Shown: piece by piece, positions 1 through 8,777 of the stretch
How positions within the stretch are numbered: position 1 is the first letter of the stretch
Layout: every line of letters starts with the position of its first letter
Assembly: GCA_040767195.1 (NCBI GenBank)
Contig: JAXGPA010000001.1
Coordinates: forward strand, 160,001 to 224,000
Reading direction: 5' to 3'
Origin: Syntrophales bacterium
Lineage (GTDB): Bacteria > Desulfobacterota > Syntrophia > Syntrophales > UBA6807
DNA length: 64,000 nucleotides
Program-made: the position numbers and the translations under genes
The notes under the pieces: generated by a model
Seen by the model: only the letters and a program-made list of their open reading frames with translations
The model's database searches: none
What the model was told of the DNA's origin: nothing

Positions 1-137
1 TGGACGCCTTCTTCGACACGGTCCTCGTCATGGCCCCGGACGAAAAGGTACGCTTCAACCGCCTCTCGCTCCTGCAGGGCCTCGCCGGGCTTTTCTACCG
101 GGTCGCCGATTTCTCGAGGATCGTCACGGAGCGTTAG
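1..137 (+). CDS. glyS: Glycine--tRNA ligase beta subunit, 3' end (partial)
   Basis: Frame starting at nt 3 reads [44 protein letters not shown], the typical GlyS C-terminus (FFDxVxVMaxDxxvRxNRLxLL...ADFS). Not in the ORF track. Confidence 0.85.
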   Translation, partial: DAFFDTVLVMAPDEKVRFNRLSLLQGLAGLFYRVADFSRIVTER

Positions 138-163
138 GCCTTAAAAAAAACGGACGTTTTGTG

Positions 164-209
164 AAAAAACCCCGGCTTCGGGCGATCGGCCCTTTGCCGG
201 GGTTTTCTT
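164..209. terminator. Probable bidirectional intrinsic terminator
   Basis: AAAACCCCGGC (166-176) / GCCGGGGTTTT (196-206) inverted repeat with A and T tracts, between convergent genes. Confidence 0.75.
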
Positions 210-231
210 ACGTTCAGACTGCACAGGAGGT

Positions 232-1035
232 TCACGGACTTTTGACGATTTCTCCGTAGAATCCGGGTCTACGGTCACGAAAAAGGTCGTTGTACCTATT
301 GATTGCCTTATCCGTGGCCAACCCCGGGTCGATGTCGACAATCCCCACCGTTTCCTCTTCCTCCCCCGCCCGGAGGAGAACCTCGGAACGGAAATTCACC
401 GCCTGGCTTTTTCCCGTGTAGGCCAGGCTCTTGCCGCCCCGGTTTTCCATCCCGGTCCGGTTGCAGGTCACGGCGAACAGACGGTTTTCCAGGCACCGGG
501 TTTTCATGGCCTCCTGGCAGTAAGGCAGAACCAGGTTGGACGGGTGGCCGATGACCTGGGCCCCCTTGAGGGCCAGGACCCGGGCGGCCTCGGGAAAGAA
601 CCAGTCGAAACAGATCATCACGCCGAGCCGGCAGTGTCCGATGTCGAAAACGGGAAACGCCCCGTCCCCCGGGGTGAACCAGATCGTCTCCTCGAAAAAA
701 AGATGGACCTTCCGGTACGTTCCGGCATAGCCCCGGGGCGACACGAGGACGGCGGAATTGTAAAACCGGTCCCCGTCTCTCTCGGCCAGTCCCCCCAGGA
801 GGTGCATCCCCTTTCTTCGAGCCAGGCGGACCAGGAATTCGGTGGTCTTTCCGGCGGGAATTTCCTCCGACAGGCCGCCTACCTCTTCGGCCTTCACGAA
901 GAGATAGCCCGTGTTGAAAAGTTCCGGAAGGACGAGAAGATCCGCGTCGACGGCGTCAACAAGCCTTTCCACCGTTTCCAGGTTCCGGTCCACCTCGCCG
1001 AACCGGGGGTTGAACTGGACAAAACCGACCTTCAT
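232..1035 (-). CDS. Carbon-nitrogen hydrolase (nitrilase/amidase superfamily)
   Basis: Glu-Lys-Cys triad motifs VLPELFNTGY, YRKVHLF and MICFDWFFPE. Confidence 0.9.
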   Translation of the reverse strand: MKVGFVQFNPRFGEVDRNLETVERLVDAVDADLLVLPELFNTGYLFVKAEEVGGLSEEIPAGKTTEFLVRLARRKGMHLLGGLAERDGDRFYNSAVLVSPRGYAGTYRKVHLFFEETIWFTPGDGAFPVFDIGHCRLGVMICFDWFFPEAARVLALKGAQVIGHPSNLVLPYCQEAMKTRCLENRLFAVTCNRTGMENRGGKSLAYTGKSQAVNFRSEVLLRAGEEEETVGIVDIDPGLATDKAINRYNDLFRDRRPGFYGEIVKSP

Positions 1036-1157
1036 GAAAGACTCCTCTCTTCTCCTTTTTCATAAGCCCGATCCGGAGGGAACGGGAAACCAGTATACGG
1101 ATTTTTCTCTTTCCCATCGAGTTTTTTCCGGGCCTTTCACCAGGGCCCTTTCAAGGG

Positions 1158-2237
1158 TCACAGCCGGAACCGCTTCCGCTCCCCCATGCCGAAACAGGCA
1201 TCGACGGAAACCTTCCCCCCTCCCCCGGACCGGATCCACCCGGAAAAACGGCCGAAGGAAGCCCGGTAATCGATCCGCGCGACGAGGAAGTTCCTCTTTT
1301 CGGCGACTTCCCATCGGGGATGGAAATCCACGTGGACGGAACCGGCGTCATCCCGAACGGACCAGACCTCCTGTCCCCCTTGGCGGGTCCGGGTGAAGCT
1401 GACCGGCGGCAGCGGGGTCATTTTCCCGTCCAGCCAGAGGCAATTCTCGTTGTATTCCTCTGGGCAGAGGACCTGGTTACGGGTCAGGTTGAATCCCAGA
1501 AGACCTCTTTCGGGAGATCGGACGGCTCCGGTCACCCAGTCGAAGGCCATCCGGTAGGGGTAAAAGCCCTTGTGATCGTCGATGATGGCGAAGGCGTCCT
1601 CTTCCCCGAAGAGAATTCTCCGGTCCCCCGTAATGAGATGCCCTTCCGCGGGCATCAGGGCCTTGTGGGAATAGAGAGCCCGGTTGTCGGTGAAAGGATG
1701 ACAGATGACGATGGGCTCCGTGACATGGTGGCACCGGACGGACAGCGTCACCGGCAGCCGGCCCCCCGTCGCCGGGATGATTCCCTCGACATGGATCCGA
1801 TTTTCCGCCAGGCGGTTCTCGATCCGGAGGCGCGCACGCCCGGATCGGCACTGGGAAACGCTTTCCTTCATTCCGTTGCCGAGGCGCATGCGAGAGGGAG
1901 CGCATTCCAGAAGATATTGCGTTCCCCTCCCGGAAGGAATATCATGAATGACGAGGACCAGGAGCCTTTTCCATCGGATGTTGTAAACGGCACCGAGAAC
2001 GAAAACATCCCGGTTTCCGACCTGGAAGGCTTCCCATTCCTTCAGGCGTAGCCTCTTGAACCAGGCGGGAACGGGGAAGATTCCCGGTCCATCGAGCATG
2101 TTGACGAACGTAAAGGGGGTGTTGAATGTTCCGAACTGAAACCGGCCGTCTTTAACGGGTGATGGGGGGGCGGGCGTGACCGCCCGGGGCCGTCGATCCC
2201 GGCTTTCAAGGGAACAACCCTCCTGTCTTCCATCCAT
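1158..2237 (-). CDS. DUF2804-like protein
   Basis: LKEWEAF N-terminal motif, DDHKGFYPY, FNLTRNQ...NENCLWLDG, and YRASFGRFSG near the C-terminus resemble DUF2804. Confidence 0.65.
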   Translation of the reverse strand: MDGRQEGCSLESRDRRPRAVTPAPPSPVKDGRFQFGTFNTPFTFVNMLDGPGIFPVPAWFKRLRLKEWEAFQVGNRDVFVLGAVYNIRWKRLLVLVIHDIPSGRGTQYLLECAPSRMRLGNGMKESVSQCRSGRARLRIENRLAENRIHVEGIIPATGGRLPVTLSVRCHHVTEPIVICHPFTDNRALYSHKALMPAEGHLITGDRRILFGEEDAFAIIDDHKGFYPYRMAFDWVTGAVRSPERGLLGFNLTRNQVLCPEEYNENCLWLDGKMTPLPPVSFTRTRQGGQEVWSVRDDAGSVHVDFHPRWEVAEKRNFLVARIDYRASFGRFSGWIRSGGGGKVSVDACFGMGERKRFRL

Positions 2238-2336
2238 GGAAACACCTCCCGGATCCGGATCGGGTCTCGCGTGTCACCCTTTTTCTTGTACGACAAAAAA
2301 ACGGACAGGCAAGAAGGAAGAAAAACCGGAAGCGAC

Positions 2337-3101
2337 ATGAACGTGACGGAAATAACGGTCAGGACGGCCCTGGTCCGTTCGGGCATTCCCGGGGTGGACT
2401 ACGGGATCAACCCCTACCTGGGCTGCGGCCACGGTTGCCTTTACTGCTACGCCGCTTTCATGACCCGGTACGCCCGGCACCACGCCTCTTTCCGGTGGGG
2501 GACCTTCGTGGAGGCCAAGGTCAACATCGTCCAGGTCCTTCGGAATGAACTCTCCCGAAAGCGGAAGAAGGGCTCGGTGATGCTGTCCACCGTCTGCGAC
2601 CCCTACCAGCCGGCCGAAGTCCGATACGGGCTCACCCGGGGCTGCCTGGAAGCCCTTCGAGAGTCCGGCTGGGGCTTCGACATCCTGACCCGATCCCCCC
2701 TGGTCAACCGGGACAAGGACATCCTGCAAGCAACTCCCGGTGTTTCCGTGGGAGTCACGATCCCCACGGACGACGACTCGGTACGTAAAATCCTGGAACC
2801 GAACGCCCCGCCCATCGAAAGCCGCCTGGAAGCTCTTGGAAAGCTCCGGGACGCCGGCATTGACACGTGGGCCTTCATCGGACCCATGCTTCCCATGGAC
2901 CCGGCAAGGCTCTGCGAGGCCCTCGATCCCCTGGTGAATCACGTCTTCATCGACAGGCTCAACTACCGGTCTAAAGTGGCAGGCCTCTTCAGAAAACACG
3001 GCTGGGAATACGCCCTCACGGAGCGGTACGCCCTGGACACGGAAAAAGCCCTCCTTCGCCTCTTCGGCGAAAAAGCCGACAGCGTCTCGTCGCGTCCCTG
3101 A
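2337..3101 (+). CDS. Radical SAM protein, SplB-like family
   Basis: NPYLGCGHGCLYCYA (CxxxCxxC), STVCDPYQPAE, LTRSPLV and EPNAPP..RL motifs; ATG at 2337 preferred. Confidence 0.85.
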   Translation: MNVTEITVRTALVRSGIPGVDYGINPYLGCGHGCLYCYAAFMTRYARHHASFRWGTFVEAKVNIVQVLRNELSRKRKKGSVMLSTVCDPYQPAEVRYGLTRGCLEALRESGWGFDILTRSPLVNRDKDILQATPGVSVGVTIPTDDDSVRKILEPNAPPIESRLEALGKLRDAGIDTWAFIGPMLPMDPARLCEALDPLVNHVFIDRLNYRSKVAGLFRKHGWEYALTERYALDTEKALLRLFGEKADSVSSRP

Positions 3102-3158
3102 TGAGCCCGGACTTCCGGGGCGTCTTCATGGCATGCTTTAAAAGCGGCCCCCGGGCTT

Positions 3159-3608
3159 TCAGCCTTTCTGCCGCCTTTTCAGAATCTGGATGCCGATGCA
3201 GTGGAAAACCTCTTCATCCCGCTGGTTCCGGCTCGAATAGCGGAACCGCACCGTCCCCCGGTCCGGTCGCTTTGTCGAAGCGGTCGTTTCCAGAACTTCC
3301 GCTTCCGCCGTCAGGGTGTCGCCGGGCTTCACGGGCATCGTCCACCGGACTTCGTCAAATCCCGGGGACCCCAGGTTGTTCGCCAGGATCCCCGACATGA
3401 GAAGAAGCCGGAAAGTCAGGGCCATCGTGTGGATGCCGCTGGCCACGAGACCCCCGAAGATGGACTCCCGGGCCGCTTCCACATCGGTGTGAAAAGGCTG
3501 GGAATCGAACGTCATGGCGAAATCGATGATCTGGCTTTCCGTAACGGTCATGCCGGGCGACCGGAACCGGTCGCCGGCCTTGAAATCCTCGAAATACAAA
3601 GACCTCAT
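3159..3608 (-). CDS. MaoC-family (R)-enoyl-CoA hydratase/dehydratase
   Basis: YFEDF...FDSQPFHTD..AA..SIFGGLVASGIHT hot-dog-fold signature; ATG at 3608 follows a GGAGAA RBS. Confidence 0.85.
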   Translation of the reverse strand: MRSLYFEDFKAGDRFRSPGMTVTESQIIDFAMTFDSQPFHTDVEAARESIFGGLVASGIHTMALTFRLLLMSGILANNLGSPGFDEVRWTMPVKPGDTLTAEAEVLETTASTKRPDRGTVRFRYSSRNQRDEEVFHCIGIQILKRRQKG

Positions 3609-3921
3609 TGTTCTTTTCTCCTTCGGCACATCCGCCGCCGGGATGTTCCGCTCTTCGAATTCCCGGGTCAGACGGCCGGGACGCCTTCAGGGATTTGAGG
3701 CTGTCCGACAGGGCCGCACGAGTCAGGCTATAGAATTTCCCGGAATCTGTCAACAGGAGCCCTGGCAACGGGCCCGCCCGCTTTCCCGGTCCCCGCTTTC
3801 CGCCGGCCGGTCCTTTACCTCATGAATAAAAGCTACCGAGGGGAGATGAGGCAGAGGGGTCGTTGCCTCATGAAAAGTGTTACTCAAAAAGAGTTGAGTC
3901 CATTCGCCGGCTATTTTGATC

Positions 3922-3951
3922 TTGACAGAAGGGCTCCCGGTCAACTATAGT
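3922..3951 (+). promoter_or_regulatory. Putative sigma70 promoter of the phosphoesterase gene
   Basis: TTGACA-18 nt-TATAGT. Confidence 0.5.
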
Positions 3952-4038
3952 TCGCCGCCGAGTCACGCCGCTGATTCGCGAAAGACCTCTTGCCTGCCGG
4001 GTTTTCGGACTTTTCTTCCCTCCCGGCCCACGGGATCG

Positions 4039-4623
4039 ATGAACGACATTTCGACGACAGCCCGTTTCCTTGTCCTGTCGGACACCCATGACGACCCGGC
4101 GGCCATGGAATGGACCCTGGATTTTCTCGAAAGGGAACCCTTCGACGGGGTCATCCACCTGGGCGACTACTACAGCGATGCCGACATCCTGGACCGGAAC
4201 GGCCACCGCCTCATCCGGGTCCCGGGCACGTGGGACACCTGCTATTATCCCAACCCGGAGGTGGAAAACCGCAAGTTCATCCGGGTGGGGCCGTGGCGGG
4301 TCTTCCTCACCCACACCCCCCACAGCCATTACAACGACCTGGCCTCGGACATCAACCCCGAATTCATCATCACCCGGGGCGAGGCGGACATATTCCTCTA
4401 CGGACACACCCACATCGCCGAAATCCAGCGGAAAAACGGAATGGTCTTCATCAACCCCGGACACATGACGCGCGACGAAAGCCGGGGCTGCGGCATGTCA
4501 TGCGGGCTTCTCGAGTTCGACGGCCACACGCTGACGGCCCGGATCATCCGGATCCGGGACAACCAGGTCCGGCTCAAGGGAACCTTTAAAAAGGACTCTC
4601 TGAAAATGCCCACGGGCATCTGA
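4039..4623 (+). CDS. YfcE/MJ0936-family metallophosphoesterase
   Basis: SDTH, HLGD, LTH, YGHTH and INPG motifs; the usual GN motif appears as GT(WD). Confidence 0.85.
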   Translation: MNDISTTARFLVLSDTHDDPAAMEWTLDFLEREPFDGVIHLGDYYSDADILDRNGHRLIRVPGTWDTCYYPNPEVENRKFIRVGPWRVFLTHTPHSHYNDLASDINPEFIITRGEADIFLYGHTHIAEIQRKNGMVFINPGHMTRDESRGCGMSCGLLEFDGHTLTARIIRIRDNQVRLKGTFKKDSLKMPTGI

Positions 4624-4753
4624 TCCCGAACACCCCTCTTTCCCCACGATCAGGAACCGCCCTGTAAACACTGGGCCTGACGGCAAAACAGGACTTGCGA
4701 CCTTCTTTTTTTGCAGCGATAGAAGCCGCAGTGGCCGAAGATGAAGGTCGAGA

Positions 4754-4934
4754 AAGGGGCGGGACGTGTCTGCGAGGCGAATTAACCGCCTTTTCACAAC
4801 GGTTCCTTTCGATGCGAAACGAAAGCAACGCCGTGTGTCTGAGCCCGAAGGGCGAGTTTACGGCGTTGCCGTGGAGCGAGAAACGGAACCGTCGAAAAGC
4901 GGTTCCTGAGCCGGCAGACACGGACGCGCCCCTT
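4754..4934. repeat. ~180-nt nested imperfect palindrome (structured intergenic element)
   Basis: Successive complementary blocks: 4754-61/4927-34, 4765-73/4914-22, 4784-95/4894-4904, 4799-4806/4885-92, 4825-34/4860-69, with apical GCCC-GAA-GGGC. Confidence 0.75.
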
Positions 4935-5012
4935 CCGGTTTTCGGACGAAAAAAAACATGCCGGGCCTGACGTGCCGCTGCGCCGCAATGACGAAGGATG
5001 AAGGGCGACTAT

Positions 5013-5055
5013 AAAAAAGAGGGGCCCCGGTCTTCTTCGGACCGGGGCCCCTCTT
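5013..5055 (-). terminator. Intrinsic terminator of the beta-oxidation operon
   Basis: Perfect 16-bp stem AAGAGGGGCCCCGGTC/GACCGGGGCCCCTCTT followed by a U tract on the minus strand, about 20 nt after the thiolase stop. Confidence 0.85.
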
Positions 5056-5076
5056 ACGTTTCAGACGGAATGTCCG

Positions 5077-6264
5077 TTACAGGAGCTCGTAGATGCCCGC
5101 GGCACCCATGCCGCCGCCGATGCACATGGAAACGATGCCCCGTTTCGCTTTCCGGCGCTTCAGCTCATGGAGAAGCTGGGCCGTCAGCTTGGCGCCGGTG
5201 CATCCCAGGGGGTGGCCCAGGGCGATAGCGCCGCCGTTGGGATTGATGTCCCCCTTCCAGTACCGCTCCTCGATCCCCAGGGTCCGGACGGAGTAGAGGG
5301 CCTGGGAGGCGAAGGCCTCGTTGATTTCAAAAACCTCGACATCATTCAGCGTCAGTCCCGCCTGTTCAAGCACCTTGGGAATGGCGTAGGCCGGTCCCAC
5401 GCCCATCTCATCGGGCTCGCACCCCGCCACGGCATAGTTGGCGAGACGGGCTACGGGTTTCAGGCCCAGTTCCTTCGCCTTTTCCGCCGACATGAGAAGC
5501 GTGAAAGCCGCCCCGTCGGTCATCTGAGAGGCATTCCCCGCCGTGACGGACCCGCCGTTCTTGAAGGGCGATTTCAACTTGCCCAGGGAGTTGAGGTCGG
5601 TAGGCCACCGGACGCCGTCGTCCGTGTCGAAGACGACCTCTTTCTTCACCCACCTGTTATCCTTGTCTTTTTCATGCTTCCAGGCCTGGATGGGGATGAT
5701 CTCCTCCTTGAATTTCCCCGCCTTGATGGCCTCGTAGGCCCGGCGGTTGCTTTCCACGCCCATCTTGTCCTGATCTTCCCGGGAAACGCTGTATCGGGCC
5801 GCCACGTTTTCCGCCGTGATACCCATGGAAACGTAGGTGTTGGGACGGTCCCCCCACTCGGGATGGGGCCGGAAAATGGACCCCCCCATGGGGATGTGGC
5901 TCATCGTTTCGACGCCCCCGGCAATGACGACGTCGGACCACCCCGCCCGGATCTTCGCCGTGGCGTCGGCAATGGCCTGCAGCCCGGAGGAGCAGAACCG
6001 GTTGATGGTCATCCCGCAGGTCGACACGGGAAGACCGGCCCCGAGGGCCACCACCCTGCCCAGGTTCATGCCCTGCTCCGCTTCTGGGAAGGAGCAGCCG
6101 CAGATGAGATCATCCACGTCCCCCGGCTTCAGCGCGGGAACCCTCGCCATGAGCCCCTTGAGAACCTGGATCCCGATTTCATCGCCTCTCGTTTCCGCAA
6201 GACCACCCCTGCGGTACCGGCCGCCCGGACTCCTCACGGATTCAACAATAACAGCATCACGCAT
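5077..6264 (-). CDS. Acetyl-CoA C-acyltransferase (3-ketoacyl-CoA thiolase)
   Basis: NRFCSSG, INEAFA, GHPLGCTG and CIGGGMG motifs. Confidence 0.95.
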   Translation of the reverse strand: MRDAVIVESVRSPGGRYRRGGLAETRGDEIGIQVLKGLMARVPALKPGDVDDLICGCSFPEAEQGMNLGRVVALGAGLPVSTCGMTINRFCSSGLQAIADATAKIRAGWSDVVIAGGVETMSHIPMGGSIFRPHPEWGDRPNTYVSMGITAENVAARYSVSREDQDKMGVESNRRAYEAIKAGKFKEEIIPIQAWKHEKDKDNRWVKKEVVFDTDDGVRWPTDLNSLGKLKSPFKNGGSVTAGNASQMTDGAAFTLLMSAEKAKELGLKPVARLANYAVAGCEPDEMGVGPAYAIPKVLEQAGLTLNDVEVFEINEAFASQALYSVRTLGIEERYWKGDINPNGGAIALGHPLGCTGAKLTAQLLHELKRRKAKRGIVSMCIGGGMGAAGIYELL

Positions 6265-6326
6265 GATTATTCCTCCTTATGGTCAAAGTGTTCGTTCCTG
6301 AATTTCCTGGACACAGGCCGTCTTCA

Positions 6327-8744
6327 TCAGTTCCTCAGGGGTTTACCCGTCGTGAGCATGTGCATGATCCGGTCCTGGGTCTTCTGTTCCCCGGCGAGAC
6401 TGAGGAAAGCCTCCCGCTCCAGGTCCAGAACCTGGTCTTCCGTGACGTAGGTCCCTTCGGCGCACTGCCCGCCGGCGATCACTTCGGAGAGCTTCATGGC
6501 CACGTGGAAATCGTAATCGGAAATGTAATTCCCCGCCTTCATGTTGAAGAGGATCGACTCGGCCATGCCGACGAAGTTTTCGCCCATGACGGGGATCATG
6601 GCCTTTTCGGCTTTCCGGTAGAACCGGGAAAGGCCGAGGACGACTTCCTTGGCATCCCAGATCTGGTGATCCCGGTTCAGGCTGATGGTGTCGGTCTTCC
6701 GGACGTACCCGAGATCCTGGGCCTCCACGGCGCTTGTGGCCACCTTGGCCATACCGATATTCTCGAAGACCTTCTGGTAGAACTGCTGGAGGTTGAGTCC
6801 CCCTTCCACGGCGCCCTTTGGAATCCCCTCGGTCATGCGGACCATGAGTTCCTTCGTTCCGCCGCCGGCGGGAATGACGCCGACGCCGACCTCGACAAGG
6901 CCCATGTAGGTTTCACCGGCCGGCTGGCACCGGGTGCCGTGCATGGCGATCTCGCAGCCGCCGCCCAGGGTCATGCCGGCCGGGGCGGTCACCACCGGTT
7001 TTTCGCAGTACTTCATCCGCATGTTGGCGTATTGGAACTCCCGGATCAGCTTTTCCAGGAGATCCCAGTCCCCCTTCTGGATGGCCACGAGAACCATGAA
7101 GATGTTGGCGCCGACGGAAAAATTCGAGCCGTGGTTGGCCACCACGAGTCCCAGGTAATCCTTCTCCACGATGTCGCAGGCATCGTAAATTCCCTGGATG
7201 ACGTCCTGATCGATGGCGTTCATCTTCGTGTGGAACTCGAGACAGGCCACACCGTCACCGATATCCACGAGCGTGGCCCCCAGGTTTTCCCGGATCACCT
7301 TCTTCCTCTCCTTCAGGGGCGGGAGGAGGATGATCTTGGGTTTCGCATCCATCTTCTCATACTGTTTCGTCTTGAAGTCGTAATAGTATTTGCCGTCCTC
7401 CTTGCTCACATAGAAGGATTTGAAACCCTTTTTGAGCATTTCCTCGATCTTCTTCGGAACGGGAAGCTTGAGATCCTTCATGACCGCCACGGCCTCGGCA
7501 ACCCCCACGGCGTCCCACATCTCGAAGGGGCCGAGTTCATGATTGAATCCCCACTTCATGGCGTTGTCGACAGCCACCACGGTGTCGGCGATCTCGGGAA
7601 TCCGGTTGGCGGCGTATATGAAGTTCCGGCACAGGTACTCCCGGACGACCTCGGCAGCCACGTCCTTGCCCTGGAAGAACGGTTTCAGCCGGTCCGCCAT
7701 GTCTCCTTCGACCTTTTTCGCCGCCGAAACGGAGTCGAACCGGGGCTTCGCCGCGGGGCGGTATTCCATGGTGTTGTAGTCGAGGACGAGCTTCGCTTTT
7801 TTGCCCTTTTCGTCCTTGGTCCGCTTGTAGAAGCCCTGTTTCGTCTTGTTGCCGAGCCACTTCTTTTCCATCATCTCCTTCATGAAATCGGAGGGGACGA
7901 AGTAGTCCCGCATTTCGTCGTCGGGGACGGCGTTGTAAAGGTTGTTCATGACGTGGTAGCCCACGTCGAGGCCGACGAGATCGAGGGTGCCGAAGATGGA
8001 CGACCCGGGACGGCCGACGGCCTTCCCGATGACGGCATCGAGCTCGTCCACGGCAAGGCCCTTGTCAATCATGATCCGGATGGCGTTGGAGATGTCGAAG
8101 ACACCGATCCGGTTGGCCACGAAGTTGGGGACGTCCTTGCAGATGACCACGCCCTTCCCGAGAACGTCCTCGCAGAACCGGGTGACATAGTCGACGACCT
8201 CTTTTTTCGTTTCCTTTCCCGGGATCACCTCGACGAGCTTCATGTAGCGGGGGGGGTTGAAAAAGTGGATCCCGAGAAAATGCTCCTTCAGGTTCTTTCC
8301 GAATTTGGCGGAGATGTCCCCGATGGGGATTCCCGAGGTGTTGGTGCTGACGATGCAGTCCGGGCGGACGGCTTTCTCCACTCTCGCGAAAAGGTCCTGC
8401 TTTATTTTCAGGTTTTCCACCACCGCTTCGATGACGAGGTCGGCATCGGCCAGCCAGCCCAGGTTGTCTTCGAAGTTCCCCGGCGTGACCAGGGCGGCCT
8501 TCTGCCTGGCGTAGAAGCTCGCCGGCTTGGATTTCCGGACGTTCTCCAGTCCCGTCACGGCGAAACGGTTCCGCCAGGCGGGACTTTTCTCCGTCAGTCC
8601 TTTTTTCTTGTCCTCCTCCGTCAATTCGAAGGGAACGATATCGAGCAGGTAGCAGGGAATCCCCGCGTTGGCCAGGTGGGCGGCGATGGACGCCCCCATG
8701 ACACCCGCTCCCAGAACAGCTGCCTTTTTGATTTCAAAAGCCAT
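6327..8744 (-). CDS. 3-hydroxyacyl-CoA dehydrogenase/enoyl-CoA hydratase (FadN-like)
   Basis: GAGVMG Rossmann motif, IEAVVE, HFFNPPRY, and a C-terminal crotonase domain (GGGCE, GLVEVGVG). Confidence 0.92.
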   Translation of the reverse strand: MAFEIKKAAVLGAGVMGASIAAHLANAGIPCYLLDIVPFELTEEDKKKGLTEKSPAWRNRFAVTGLENVRKSKPASFYARQKAALVTPGNFEDNLGWLADADLVIEAVVENLKIKQDLFARVEKAVRPDCIVSTNTSGIPIGDISAKFGKNLKEHFLGIHFFNPPRYMKLVEVIPGKETKKEVVDYVTRFCEDVLGKGVVICKDVPNFVANRIGVFDISNAIRIMIDKGLAVDELDAVIGKAVGRPGSSIFGTLDLVGLDVGYHVMNNLYNAVPDDEMRDYFVPSDFMKEMMEKKWLGNKTKQGFYKRTKDEKGKKAKLVLDYNTMEYRPAAKPRFDSVSAAKKVEGDMADRLKPFFQGKDVAAEVVREYLCRNFIYAANRIPEIADTVVAVDNAMKWGFNHELGPFEMWDAVGVAEAVAVMKDLKLPVPKKIEEMLKKGFKSFYVSKEDGKYYYDFKTKQYEKMDAKPKIILLPPLKERKKVIRENLGATLVDIGDGVACLEFHTKMNAIDQDVIQGIYDACDIVEKDYLGLVVANHGSNFSVGANIFMVLVAIQKGDWDLLEKLIREFQYANMRMKYCEKPVVTAPAGMTLGGGCEIAMHGTRCQPAGETYMGLVEVGVGVIPAGGGTKELMVRMTEGIPKGAVEGGLNLQQFYQKVFENIGMAKVATSAVEAQDLGYVRKTDTISLNRDHQIWDAKEVVLGLSRFYRKAEKAMIPVMGENFVGMAESILFNMKAGNYISDYDFHVAMKLSEVIAGGQCAEGTYVTEDQVLDLEREAFLSLAGEQKTQDRIMHMLTTGKPLRN

Positions 8745-8777
8745 AATTTTCCTCCTTTACGTTGAGGGGTCAGCAAT

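Noticed and set aside
4754..4934. SRP RNA, second 6S RNA or hammerhead ribozyme identity for the long hairpin
   Set aside because: There is no SRP CAGG..GGAA..AGCAG motif and no CUGANGA/GAAA core, and 6S RNA is already found at its canonical locus.
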